A stretch of DNA of 63,361 nt, the filler included, from Octopus bimaculoides (taxonomy: Eukaryota), in assembly GCF_001194135.2 (NCBI RefSeq). It is 5 parts of 5 records of this genome, joined end to end, with 100 filler letters (N's around TTAATTAATTAA, not from the genome) between each part and the next. Parts side by side here need not be neighbours in the genome. Positions count along the whole stretch, not along the records: positions 25,053 to 40,065 come from NC_068981.1; 4 more parts are not named here. One strand, written 5' to 3'. The stretch's first letter is position 1, and every line of letters starts with the position of its first letter. Below are positions 25,950 through 39,579 of the stretch, in pieces. The notes under the pieces are model-generated. The model saw only the letters and a program-made list of their open reading frames with translations. It searched no databases and was not told where the DNA came from. Position numbers and translations under genes: made by a program.

Positions 25950-27785
25950 AGTTTTACAGGTTTAAATCATATGGATAATTTTCTTTCCACTTACGCTTAT
26001 TTTAAAGAAATTTCTGATAGCTCCCTTTGGCTATGCATGGGGAGGAAGAATCCAGAAAATTCTCTTGAGACAAGTTATGTATAATCGTAATCTTCTGACA
26101 AACGAATCTATTGATGCGAAAGTGAACACAAGACAGGTCAGGCTGGATCACAGCACATATTTACTTACTAATGAGTTTTACATGACAATCCAAGTTGTGC
26201 AATTCCATTGTACCTTGCTTGTTGCAAACTGTTTCTAGATATAATAATGATTCCAACAATATTTAAAATTGCGCTTCTACTGAAATTACAATAACGTACT
26301 TGTATTTTTAGATACTACTGGATTCTTGGAATCAACGGATAACAGCTTTTGTTAGCATTAACAGTGCCAGTGAAAATGATAATGGAGTAAGTTATTTGAC
26401 TGCAGAAATTTTTGCACACATTTGTAGAAGTCTAACAACGCCAACGTGTAAAATAATAGTGGGTGATATGTGGATGAGATGCAACGCAAAAATTGAAAAT
26501 GTTTCACTTTCAAGCAATACGAGTTAGCGCATTAATGGCATATCGAATGATACTGAAGAGATTTCGTTTGATAAAAACTAAAAAAGATGAAAAAATTCTA
26601 TCGATGATGAAGATTCAACAGATAAATGTCACTCTAGAGCTTTTTTTTTTAGGATTTGTCAATGAGGATGAAGTTTGATAAAAAAAAAAGTTTTCTATTA
26701 CAAAGACTTGCTTTGCTCGTGTCAAAGAAAAGAAAATGTATTTTCAATATTTCCACCACATACTTGGAAACGAGAAAAAGTACTCTTTGGAATATCTGGA
26801 AACACGATAAAGTATTACTATAGCCCCAAAATTAATAGTAGGTACCGTAAGAGGTGTACTTTCCATTTAAAGTATAGAATACAGTTAGTGTCTAGACATA
26901 TTGCTTTCTTCACAGAGAAGTATAGATTTTAAAATCTTTTGGAGATGGATTTAGACATATATTTTATAATGCTACAAAAATGGTCAGTTTATTAAACAAA
27001 AATTTACTCATGACTGTTTAAAAAGCTGCGTGACCTCCCTTGCAATGTACGAAACTCTGATGTTTGACTGGAAACTGAATTCTGAATAAGGCGAGTAAGC
27101 TGAAGGATTTCAGGAGTACTTATATAAGCCAGGAGGCCGAAATTAACCAAGTGTATTGAAGATGAAAAACGTTACAGAGGGTAACACACGGAGTTGTTTC
27201 TTATCCCTAGAATCTGCTGCAAAATGTATTCCAAGACCTTAAAGATAATGTATTGAATTCAACTAACTAGATTTGAGAGTTGAAAGAAGACTAAATCGTT
27301 TTAAGAAAGCATGATGTAAAAGACAATATTGAGAAGTTTTAATACTAATGAGGATTAAAAGTGCAGAAAGATAATTAATTCAAATTGTATTGAAACTCAC
27401 TCGGGAGAATTCTTGATCAAATCTGAACGTTATTTCCTTATTTTCACCAGAAGTGTATGAACTACTGAACTATATTTCTACTCCTGCTTAAAATATGAAT
27501 TTAAGTGAACAGGTAGAAAGATGTGTACTGCAACCTGATTCTACAACATATTTACTCAACAAGTTTGGGATTTCTCTGAGAGAATTTCCAGTCATTCATA
27601 AGAAGTCAAGGAATATGTTGTTACAGTTTTCAGTTCCTTCAATCTGCGCAAAAGCCTTAAGTTGATCAAGAAGTAATGAGAGCAAATACTGAAACAATCT
27701 TTTAGATGAAATCCGTGTGTGTTTACCTAAAGTTCAACTCCAACTTTAGTTTGTATGAAAACACAAGTACATTTACTCATTAAAA
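25950..27785 (+). mobile_element. Heavily decayed hAT (Charlie/Buster-like) transposase
   Basis: MDNFL start, FFLGFVNEDEV (AFVRFVNEDEI-like), IFNISTTYLET-like block, and a C-terminal EIRVCLPKVQL...KHKYIYSL* resembling the hAT dimerisation-domain end; many stops and frameshifts; TIRs not found. Confidence 0.65.
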
Positions 27786-28083
27786 ATGAAAGTCTGATTA
27801 TATGAATTGGCTTCAAAAATAGCATTGCCTTGACCTTTACGTCAAAACACCTTAATCTGTTTTATACTTTCCAAGATCATAAATAATATATTAAGCTGTT
27901 CTAGTTGTTATTATTTGTTTTCATTGTTTATGTATGTTACAGGATGATAGCTATTTAGACTTATTTGTGAGTGAATATTTATATTTCTTGTGTGAATATA
28001 AACCAGGCTCTGAGGTCTCTAGAACAAGGTATTATTATTTTTAAAATTCTTAGCGTTGTCAATGCATTTTGTTATTTAATTTC

Positions 28084-28164
<81 letters not shown>

Positions 28165-28375
28165 GAAGATTAAGAAAGGCTGCGAGCTGGCAGAATCGAT
28201 AGCACGCCGGGCGAAATATTTAGCAGGTTATTTCGCCCGGCACTACCTTCTGAGTTCAAATTCAGCCGAAGTCAACTTTGCCTGTCATCCTTTCGGAGTC
28301 GATAAGTTGAGTGCTGAGGTCGATGTGATCGACTAGTCTCCCTCCCCACAAAATCAAAGCCGTGTGCCTATAGTA
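28165..28375 (+). mobile_element. SINE family A copy within an (ATT)n tract
   Basis: aaggctgcgagctggcagaatcgatagcacgccgggcgaaat...gtgcctatagtattattatt. Confidence 0.88.
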
Positions 28376-28387
28376 TTATTATTATTA

Positions 28388-28585
28388 AGGTGGTGAGCTG
28401 GCAGAATCGTTAGCGCACCGAGCGAAATGCTTAGCGGCATTTCGTCCGTCGCTACGTTCTGAGTTGAAATTCCGCCGAGGTCGACTTTGCCTTTCATCCT
28501 TTCGAGGTCCATAAATTAAGTACCAATGAAACACTAGGTTCGATATAATTGATTGGTCCACCTCCCCCCACAAGATTTCATCCAA
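28388..28585 (+). mobile_element. SINE family A copy, tandem to the previous one
   Basis: aaggtggtgagctggcagaatcgttagcgc...gtcgactttgcctttcatcctttcgaggtccataaattaagtacc. Confidence 0.88.
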
Positions 28586-29510
28586 ATGAACGGAGAGGGT
28601 GAGTGAAAAAGCATTAGAATATATGAGAAGACAACCGGTATTACAAAATGGATAAGCATAAGTATCGACTAATAATAAGCTTGTATGTGCATGCACATAT
28701 GTAAGTACGTCAGAGTGCGCACATACACAAATTACAATTATGCATGCATACATACATATATATACCTTTATACATACATACGTACATATATACGTACATA
28801 CATAGCTACATGCATACATGCATGCATACATACATACATACAATCATATATGCATACAAAATTAGTGTACATTTCATACACAAAAGAGGTGAACTTAACA
28901 GGACACCTTGCATGCTAAAAAGAGCAGTTAAAGACCAAACCACGGATAAGACTAATTTGGAAGGGTATGAAAAATAAAAAAAAAAACATTTCGATAGTTA
29001 CCTGTGTACCAAGGTTTCAAAATCAATGAAAAAGTCAAATAATTTGCCATCCATGTCTTCATCAGTATAGGCGCTATAGTTAATGTATATTTGTGAAATA
29101 TTGAAGAGACACATGTTCCATCGATATACATTATAATTTTTCAAATCCACCGCGCAAGCGCAGTTATAGTCGGCATCAAATAAAAATTTACGTATCAGCG
29201 TTCTTCAAAATTACATGCATACATACATACATACATGAACACACATAGAAAAATGAGAGTTTTGCAAAAACGAAGATGAATAAAACGCATTATTTGATAA
29301 TATATATTATTATTAATAACCTGCAGCATAATAAGTGGATCAAGTGCCGAGCACAAAAATACTCAATTCCTAGTCTTGGGCTTGATATATAGTTTCGTAA
29401 AAACGTTATTATATAGCACATATTTGTCATAATATTGAATTGTAATGTCTTGCATCCCACTGGTTGTTACATATTGACAGATTGTATAAAAAAAAATATC
29501 TACATTATTA

Positions 29511-29651
29511 GGCGCAGGAGTGGCTGTGTGGTAAGTAGCTTGCTTACCAACCATATGGTCCCGGGTTCAGTCCCACTGCGTGGCACCTTGGGCAAATGTC
29601 TTCTACTATAGCTTCGGAAACTGAAAGACGGAAACTGAAAGAAGCCCGTCG

Positions 29652-29725
<74 letters not shown>

Positions 29726-29935
29726 TGTGTGTGTGTGCGTGTCTGTGTTTGTCCCCCCACCACTGCTTGACAACCGATGCTGGTGTGTTTACGTTCCCGT
29801 AACTTAGCGGTTCGGCAAAAGAGACCGATAGAATAAGTACTAGGTTTACAAAGAATAAGTCCTGGGGTTGATTTTCTCGACAAAAGGTGGTGCTCCAGCC
29901 TGGCCGCAGTCAAATGACTGAAACAAGTAAAAGAG
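29511..29935 (+). mobile_element. SINE family B (CORE-like), full length with internal (TA)n(TG)n
   Basis: ggcgcaggagtggctgtgtggtaagtagc...gtggcaccttgggcaaatgtcttc...ggccgcagtcaaatgactgaaacaagtaaaag. Confidence 0.9.
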
Positions 29936-32900
29936 TAAATGAGCACTATTGTATAACAAGGAATTCACTAGAAAATAGATTATCAAAAACAAGATAATGT
30001 GCTGGCAGCTTTGTCCCTTGCAGCAGATGACTTGTTATATTCTTGCATGTGCTGTTTCCTAGTCCTCCTGTTGAATCCTGTAACATAAATGATTCTCTTA
30101 AATGGTAGCAATCACCAGTTGTTTAAAAGGTGTTAAGACGAAAATGCATATCTGGTAGATAACACTGAATGTTTAGAAATGTGTTTGTTTTAGATTTGCG
30201 ATAATGAAACAGGAACTTTAAAAACTGCTAAATGCACAGTCTCAGAGTAGTGTCTTGTACATCAAGGACACTCAGTCATACAATTTGTTATTTTCGATTG
30301 GACAGTACTCGACTAGCCCCAGAACGCATGAAGATAGTATTAAATTCCGGAGACTTTTAAAATTGATTCATCGATATAGCACAGAAGCTCATATCGATGA
30401 ACTTTATGAGAATTTACAAGGAAGAGCAACTATCAATGTCTTTACGATTCACATTTATTTGCTTCTTAGTAAATTACCGCCGTTAACAATTGATAAGGTG
30501 TCGATCGACACAGCTGAATGCTTGCTCCAAGTAGTTATTATATGGATAAGTCTCTATGGATTCATTCTATACCCAAAAGCAGTATGTTAGTTTTCCAGTC
30601 ATTTTCTATATGATAACAGCGCTATCTTTTCACTATGTTAAGGCCATCCCCATCTCCCTGGAGGATTACAATTTTTATTCATGTAGGAAATGATACCGTT
30701 CGCTTGAGACAAAAATACATGGAGATATACACAGAAGTAGGACTATAGCGGCAAAATCCCGAACTTTTAAAACACGTTAGTAATGACGTGCGAAGTTGAG
30801 GTTATTTGATAAATGTATATTTGGTTTGATAAATACATATAAGCTAGGAGACAGAGGAATTTGAAATATTCAAGTAGTGTAAAAACAAAATTAACTATCA
30901 AAGCGTATGATACTTATGTCCAATGTTAAATAATAAATATATCATATATCAATGGATAAAAACCAATTAACACAATTCAAATACATAAAAATATTTATTG
31001 ATATTATAAATATTTTATGCTTAGTGAATCACTTAAAATTTAGTAAATATATTTTCAGTAGATCGGAAGAAACGTTCAGAAGTGTATTAAACTGAGTTGG
31101 CGTGGTGTCTGGTGAATATATTAGTAGTAAACAACATGAAGCACCCAGGAGTGTAACAAATAATGGTTGATATACTTGTTGCGTATATATGTTAGTAGCA
31201 AATAACAGTAAACAGTAACATTAATGACAACAGCAATGATAGCAACAGTATCAAGGGCAATAACTAATATAACAGAACTGAGGCATTTTCCCGTAACAGC
31301 AGAAACCATTTCTATGGTAACGGTGACAGGAAAAACACAAAAAGAGCGATAAAAGCCCGAACTTCGTCACCAAATCGCAAATGAAAGCGGTTTTTGTAGA
31401 CAACAACAACAACATCAACAACATTATACAAAGACAGAAAGTTAGAAGAATAACAACTGAAACGATATCAAAGCATGAATAGCATTCGTTGTTATGTAAT
31501 GAAGAAAAGAAGATATAATTCACCTCCCACACCACCACCTCCACCACCACCACCACCACCACCGCTACCATCGCCACAAGCAGCAGCACCATCACCACCA
31601 ACAACAACAGCAAATACAAAAACAAAAATGCATCTGAAATTGTATGAACGAAGGAACGGGTACGTAGTGTCTCAACCTGTTAGTAATAGCAACTAAATTC
31701 CCCCTACATCAGATCTTTTAGTTTTAACAAAATAATAATGCATAATTAAATGATGGGATGGTCATGGTTGGAATGCCTTTACGCGTAGATTAGAGTATGG
31801 ATGGGGAGGGGGTAAACAACAAAACAACAGCAGCTGCAACAACAACATCCACAACATGTTTAACGAGAACAAAGACATCTCTTTTTCAAAATATGAGTTG
31901 CAGCAGAAACTGCTGTAAAAGCAGCGTCTGCAGTAGATATAGCAGCAGAAGCGATATCAGCAGCAGTAGCAGCACAAGTAGTTGCTATATCAGTCTATCA
32001 GATATGTATCAAAATGAAATTATGATATATAACTATAAAAATTACCACCTTCCAATATAATGCTCACTAATAGTGTTACCACCATTACCATAGAGACATG
32101 TCTGTCTTCCACATCAATTAGCGGAAAGGTAGTCGATCCAACAAAAGAATCTCTAAAGACAAGTCGTTCAGCTTACTCGATGTAGAAATTGACATTTCTT
32201 ATAGAATATATTCAAACATTTTAAAACAAATAAACAAAGAATAAAATGGAAGAAAATATACGAAATCCAGAATCAGGTGAATCGGATATAAGTAATCCAA
32301 GGGAACACAATAAATGCAAATGAAAGTGATGTCAAAAGAAAGGATTTTCAGATTCTGGGTTTCATATTCAGAAAAAAAAAATCAAGGATTAATGTGATAA
32401 TATAGTTTTCAGTATGTAGTGTAAGCATAACATAAGCATAACATGGGGTGGATCAACGCTTGATCTTATTACAAGCTGTTTTCTCAGAAATAAATCCAAG
32501 GTTAAACAACAACAACAACAACAACTTCTACTACATATTACAGTAACAAATATCTACATAGTCTGACAATTGGCTAGAAATAGCAGTTACTTTTTTTCTC
32601 AGATTTACATACTGTGCTATCTTAAAAGTAATTATGTTGTTTTCTAAATGTGTAATATCTGAATATAAGAATGGTTTGACCAATACTGTAACACCTTTCG
32701 TCACAAATCAATGGTCTGTTAGATCAGAGATGATCTAGAACGAAAACCAACAACAGAAGTAAAAAGTGCAATAATGGATGGAATCAATATGCTTAGTGTG
32801 CTTAATAGTTTGTGAAAACTCATGGACTAATACGAAGAAAATTTGGCTGGTATTGCTCACAGGTTTAACGAAAGCAATGACTCTCTCTCATCGTATTAAA

Positions 32901-33505
32901 TTTGTTCAAACAAAGCTGATCGAGGAGACTAGCAAATGACAACAGCATTAACAGTCCCGTTAGCTACCATCATCAACACTACAGTAATAACAAATTTTGC
33001 TGGGAGCATCTATATTTGATATTCACCTTCTGCTACTGATCATTCTTATAGGAATTTCATTCAATAATAAAGTGACTTTCAAGCGTTAAGTAGAAATTAA
33101 TACGTAAGACGCAAATAAATATTTGGTGGAAAAATAATAATCAAGTTACAATTATTTGTTTACGAGGACAGGTATTTAGGGAAACAGATAGAACAAATGA
33201 ATGGGCAAAAGAGGAAGTGCGAAAAGAAATAATGGATATAGGCTGCATTCTTTTACAAGTCAAATAAATAAGAAAAATTATAATTAGTCAAGTGTCAAAA
33301 AAGTATCGGGAATAATCAAGAAATAAACTAGCAGCTTGATCTATCAACGTATTAAGTATAAAGTGTGTTTACTTAAGTATTTAATGGCTTCGAACACGCC
33401 ATATTCCTTCCTACAATATTCTATGACGAATTGACAGGACACAATTATCGTTATGTTCTCGAGGAGACTATTCAGAAACTTTGTGGCATTATTAAATTAC
33501 CATTC

Positions 33506-33700
33506 AAGACAGTGATCTGGCAGAATCGTTAGCAAGTCGGGCGAAATGCTTAGTGGGATTTCGTCCGTTATTACGTTCTAAGTTTAAATTTTGCGAGGTC
33601 GACTTTGCCTTTCGCGTTCGATGTCGAGTACTGGGGTCGATGTAACCGACTAACCTCCTTCCCCAAATTTCATGCCTTTTGTCTATAGTAGAAAGGATTA
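33506..33700 (+). mobile_element. SINE family A copy
   Basis: Same head and central domain as the other copies, with an internal deletion. Confidence 0.85.
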
Positions 33701-34137
33701 TTATATTAACATTATGAATGTGAGGACGTTTCAATAATAGTCTGAAAGTGTCTATCAATGTTTGTGGTGTAATTTTTTTTCAACGAACCGCCACCTATAA
33801 GTTCTTTCAATTGATGTAGTATACAAAAAGATTTAACAATGACGGCATTTAATTGATTTATGTTTACTTCTTTCTTTACATTATTTGTTTTTGTTTTACT
33901 TTATAATTCTGTTGTCGTTATTACTTTTCTTACTCTGTCATGGTTTACCAGCTTTATACGTTGGTTTAAACTGATTGAATACATGAATAAATTAGAATCG
34001 GTTGTTTTGAGTTTGACATGTAAGAGATAAATCTGCGCCTGGTAAGTTCATCGTCTTTAATAAGCCATTTTCCTCGAAATCCCTTAAATTCCAATTCAAA
34101 TTTTTAGTCCCGCTTCATGTTTGGAGGAGATGGTTAC

Positions 34138-34273
34138 CTTCCGTTTAATAGCTGCCATAATTATTAAATGCAAACACGTGTAGTTAATGAATCCGTTTTC
34201 CTGAAATGCCGCTAACTGGTCTCCATTGGAGTTGGTCAACCCATTTGAAATTACATGTTACACTTAGAGAAAG
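34138..34273 (-). other. Candidate exon (5' UTR plus MAAIKRK start)
   Basis: Minus-strand acceptor tgttgtttctttctttacag and donor GAAG|gtaacc; stops in all frames before an ATG at 34158. Splice signals only. Confidence 0.25.
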
Positions 34274-36204
34274 CTGTAAAGAAAGAAACAACACATTCTA
34301 TTAGGCTTTATCTACATGTGCCACCTGGAACTTCTACTTGGTTACTGGAATCTCTAGAAATAACAACCAAATATTCTGAAATTACACTGAAAAGTCATAG
34401 AGTTCATTAAGTCATGCAATACCCCTAAAAAGGGCAGATGTTAACACGTGACAGATGTTAGTCATTGAAAAATAGCCACATCATTTGATATCTTTACAAG
34501 GGCACATGAAAATTATATTTGTTGAATAAGCATTCAAATATACATAGCAAAAACCGCAAAAGTCGAGCTAGTAAAATATAATTTGGAAAACAAACATTTA
34601 TTTAATCTATAAAGCTCAAACAACCAAGCTTTCTAAACCATTCTTCTTAAGTATGTTTCCTTTCTATTTGACAATCGCCTTTGGAATCTGATGCACCACA
34701 ACCAAACTCCACCACATACCATGTATATCAAAATCCTATTTTGACAACATTATAATCCCATTAAACACAATACAAACAGATGCACATAAAAGCGGTACAA
34801 TTTAACATTTGTACTAAACAAATCTCACACCTTTCAATGCACATTAAAAATAACGGCAATAAGAACCAACACGGCTTTACAGTGTACATCACACTTAATA
34901 AAGTCACTATCAGCACAGATAAAAAGAAATCAACTCTAGTAAACAGCTAGTAAAATGAGTAAATATCCTCTACAAATCAGAGGACATAAAATCAAATCAA
35001 ATCACCAAAACTAATAAATGAACTCCACGACAGAATAAAATATCAAGTAAAGATAAGGAAAGCGCTTTCCTTGTTGATAAGAATCCTTTTTAATATATTC
35101 TTGACTATACGATTTCTAATAGTCTGAGAATACCACACTACAGCAATTTACGAACTACATAATGTAATGCTAGCCGCATCATGACAGAAGGAAAATCAAA
35201 ATATACAGTTTAAGAGAGCGTCTAATTACGTGATGTATACAAAGTCATAGATACAATCGGTTCAAAAGTGCACATAACCTGATATTATATGTGACGAGTG
35301 TCGAACACCTAGACGTATTGATTTCAAACGTATATGCAAGAGAACATGAAACACTTTGGTATATTAATAACATATCATGACATTAATACAGCAAACACTA
35401 CTGGACATCATTTGATATTGGAGACATCTGATATATTAAATATATTTGATATGTTTCTGTGTATCGAACTTAAATCGTCTGATCAGTATTTAAGTTATAA
35501 CCATCTCATCGTATTTTGTGGCATATTATATTCAGAATTACAACATCAAATATATTCATTGTTTTAAAGACATAAGTGTAAGATTTGTCTGGTAAATCTT
35601 GGCAGGTCGATCGACTGCGTAAAATCTGCGTCTAGTTTATTTAGAACAAAGGACATGTGAGTTACACATCGTCGCTGAACCATCCACTTTCCTCGTTCGT
35701 TTCTGACCTGAATCAATACTGCAATAGCGCATTTAACATATATACAGTAAATTAAGCTACAAATTATATTTTCATTCGTTGTTCAAAACGGATAAGCTCT
35801 TGCGTTAATAAATCAGAGAGACCCACTTTTCCACGCACAAATCAGGTTTAACTTATTAATTTGAATTGCTGTTATGTATAAAATCTCAGAACAAAAGAAA
35901 ACGAGATAACGAAGTTAAAGATCTGGAACATCCTGCAACTGAAACACTGATGCAGCAACATAAAATACTGCGGGAATGTTCATAATAACTTCTATAAAAA
36001 TAGGTTGTGTCTTTTGGAGTAAAAGACACATGGAACTTTCTCTAACTCACATTCAATTACTAAGGCGAGGCAGAATATGTAATTTAAAAAACTGCATCAT
36101 CAGATGAGCATTTATTATAATTAAGTCAATAACAACTGTTATATATATATATTATAATACGTCAATAACAACTGCTTAAAATATTTATCAAACTTTTTGC
36201 AGAG

Positions 36205-36410
36205 CTGCAGAATCACTAGCGTACAGGGCAAAATAATGTAAGCTACTTGTTGTTGCCCTTAGTGTTTAGAATTAAATCCAGCCAAGGACAACTTCAGTTT
36301 TTGTCCTTCTGGTGCCGATAAAATAAAGTAACTATCAATTACTGGGGTCGATGTAATCGACTAAGCTTTCCCCACAAAATTTGTTGGCCTTGCACGTATT
36401 TTAGAAATAG
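36205..36410 (+). mobile_element. SINE family A, degraded
   Basis: gagctgcagaatcactagcg...ggtgccgataaaataaagta...actggggtcgatgtaatcgac. Confidence 0.7.
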
Positions 36411-36879
36411 TAAACTGCAAGAATTATTAGAGCTTTATTAAAATACCTTGCGTTAATTCTTTATGTACAGTCTTTGTCATTCCGAGTTGAAGTTTCATTG
36501 AGGAACACTTCGTATATCATTTTTCCGAGATAGATAAAATAAGGGGCCAAGCAAGTGTCATTGTAAGTGACTAACCCCATAGCCAAGAACAATGGCACTG
36601 CGATTATTTGAAAATTTATCCTTGTTCCGTCTCAGAAGAAATAAAAATAGTGACGATTTGCAATGGAATACGGTGTAGTTGAAAGAACGATAACAGCAGA
36701 AATACCTTAAACAAATATAGATGTTTGAAAATGAGAACAATAAAGACTAAATTACTGAACATTGCTGGAATATTAGATGAGGTATTTTATTATTGGAACA
36801 TGGAGTTGTGAGTCTCATGTAGTAATCTACGACGAATGATTCGCTGTATTAGATGGAATATATTCACTGCGAAATCTCC

Positions 36880-37160
36880 ATTTCTTTTTTTCTTTCTTTC
36901 TTTCTTCCTTCCTTTCTTTATTTATTTCTTTCTTTCTCTCTCTCTTCCTTCCTGCCTTTCTTCTTTCGTTCATTCGTTCCTTCCATCCATCCACCCTTCC
37001 TTCCTTCCATCCTTCCTTTCTTCCTTCCTTCCTTCCATCCTTCCTTCGTTTTTCCTTCCTTTCTTCCTGCCTTCTTTCCTTCATTCATCTCCCTCTCTCT
37101 CTTCCCCTTCCCCTTTCTCCCCCCTTTCTCCCCCTTTCTCCCCCCTTTCTCCCCCCCTCT
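36880..37160. repeat. Polypyrimidine (TTTC/TTCC/CCCCTTTCT) simple repeat
   Basis: Direct reading; source of the F/L/P/S-rich and E/R/K-rich ORFs. Confidence 0.95.
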
Positions 37161-38131
37161 CTATCCCATTGTCTATTAGTTTTTATCTATTATCCCATTT
37201 TCATTAGTTTTTCCNNNNNNNNNNNNNNNNNNNNNNNNNNNNNNNNNNNNNNNNNNNNNNNNNNNNNNNNNNNNNNNNNNNNNNNNNNNNNNNNNNNNNN
37301 NNNNNNNNNNNNNNNNNNNNNNNNNNNNNNNNNNNNNNNNNNNNNNNNNNNNNNNNNNNNNNNNNNNNNNNNNNNNNNNNNNNNNNNNNNNNNNNNNNNN
37401 NNNNNNNNNNNNNNNNNNNNNNNNNNNNNNNNNNNNNNNNNNNNNNNNNNNNNNNNNNNNNNNNNNNNNNNNNNNNNNNNNNNNNNNNNNNNNNNNNNNN
37501 NNNNNNNNNNNNNNNNNNNNNNNNNNNNNNNNNNNNNNNNNNNNNNNNNNNNNNNNNNNNNNNNNNNNNNNNNNNNNNNNNNNNNNNNNNNNNNNNNNNN
37601 NNNNNNNNNNNNNNNNNNNNNNNNNNNNNNNNNNNNNNNNNNNNNNNNNNNNNNNNNNNNNNNNNNNNNNNNNNNNNNNNNNNNNNNNNNNNNNNNNNNN
37701 NNNNNNNNNNNNNNNNNNNNNNNNNNNNNNNNNNNNNNNNNNNNNNNNNNNNNNNNNNNNNNNNNNNNNNNNNNNNNNNNNNNNNNNNNNNNNNNNNNNN
37801 NNNNNNNNNNNNNNNNNNNNNNNNNNNNNNNNNNNNNNNNNNNNNNNNNNNNNNNNNNNNNNNNNNNNNNNNNNNNNNNNNNNNNNNNNNNNNNNNNNNN
37901 NNNNNNNNNNNNNNNNNNNNNNNNNNNNNNNNNNNNNNNNNNNNNNNNNNNNNNNNNNNNNNNNNNNNNNNNNNNNNNNNNNNNNNNNNNNNNNNNNNNN
38001 NNNNNNNNNNNNNNNNNNNNNNNNNNNNNNNNNNNNNNNNNNNNNNNNNNNNNNNNNNNNNNNNNNNNNNNNNNNNNNNNNNNNNNNNNNNNNNNNNNNN
38101 NNNNNNNNNNNNNNNNNNNNNNNNNNNNNNN

Positions 38132-38163
<32 letters not shown>

Positions 38164-38299
38164 GTATAAAACTATGTGCGCATGTCTTTGTGTCTGTTTT
38201 TCCTCTACAACAGCTTGATAACCGGTGTTGGTGTATTTACATATCATAACTTAGTGGGATGCGATCGATAGAAAAAGTACTGTTCATCCAGAACGCACC

Positions 38300-38715
38300 T
38301 TACAAACCTATGTAGCTCCAGACGCCCAACGTCCTGTCCTTTAGATAATCGCTGTATAGTTTATAAGTGCACAGTATCAACTAATAACTGCAACTACATT
38401 TACATCGGCTTATGTAGCACCATCTTCAAAGCTGGTGTGAGCAATCACTATTCTAGCTTCAAATCCCAAACAAAATCTAACAGTACATCGTTATCTCAAC
38501 TTATCAGTAAAGTAACGCTTGATTCAACCCCTTACACTCTCAAATGGTCCATAGTCGCCCACACCAAACCTTACAGCGGATATAACAACAAGTGTGATCT
38601 CTGCATATCCGAGGTCATATCTATTTTGCAATCCACAGACTGTCTCATTGAACGCAGCAGTTTAATATTCACCTGCAAAAATCGGGCACTGAATCTGTTC
38701 TCAAAATACAAGTAA
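38300..38715 (+). mobile_element. Penelope-like GIY-YIG endonuclease C-terminus
   Basis: CSSRRPTSCPLDNRCIVYKCTV...YIYIGLCSTIFK...NHYSSF...NSTSLSQLI...KWSIVAHTKPY...KCDLCISE...LIERSSLIFTCKN*; IVY-YIG is the GIY-YIG motif. An AT/pyrimidine-rich 3' region follows to about 39560. Confidence 0.85.
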
Positions 38716-39579
38716 TTACAACCCCATCCCGCTCTTGTCACCCCTCACTCTCACATATATATATTTTCCCCTACTCCTTCGCCCTCACTACCATTTTGTA
38801 TTAAATCACCAATATTTTTCTGTCCTTTTAATCCCCTGATCATCAATTACAATTATCTCTTCGTATTTTTAGTTACCACCTAAAATATTCTTCTCTCCTT
38901 ATATTTCTACTGCCTCCCCCTCCTAACCCCTCCATCTATACACTCACAAATACATATGCCTACATACAGCGCCACCATTTCACAAGTTTTTTTTTGTTCG
39001 AATTTACACCTTTCGGCCATAGAAACCCATTCGACTACAAACAACCATTAGCCATGTTTAAATTCCCTACCCCCATCTTGCCTTATTCATAGAAAACCTT
39101 TTTTTCTCCCTCACGACCAAAAATATTTCACCACCCTCTATCCTCCAATTTATCTTCTCTTCAAATGCCAACCCTACTACTCAGTTCTGTGATTAACCTA
39201 AACTACTATATTATCTTCTTCTGGCCTTCTCAACTCCTCCTTCCTCTCACTCGCCTATAGTTTATTTTCTTTTTCTTCTATGTGTTTATTATTATTTTCT
39301 TTCTCCTTTTCCTTCCCTTCTTCTAATACTTATTTCTCCCTACATTTATATATCCCTCACATACTGTGCCTCCACACATTTAGATGGAATCCTCTTTGCA
39401 TTAACATGTACCTCCTTGCAACAACGTAGCCTTTATTCTAAGAAAAATATGCTTCACCTAAAGAGTAGCTGGTGGTACACATCTGGCTTGGATTTTACCA
39501 CTTCTGAGGTTCCACTCGCTATGAAACTTATATAGCCTGGATCTTTCCTACTCCATTCCGTATGTATATTTATATATAT

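Noticed and set aside
31121-32060. Poly-Pro/Thr/Ser ORFs
   Set aside because: Degenerate CCA/CAA/CAG trinucleotide repeats interrupted by a dispersed repeat.
35290-35320. tgacga-gtgt/acac hammerhead-like string
   Set aside because: No GAAA and no pairing stem I.
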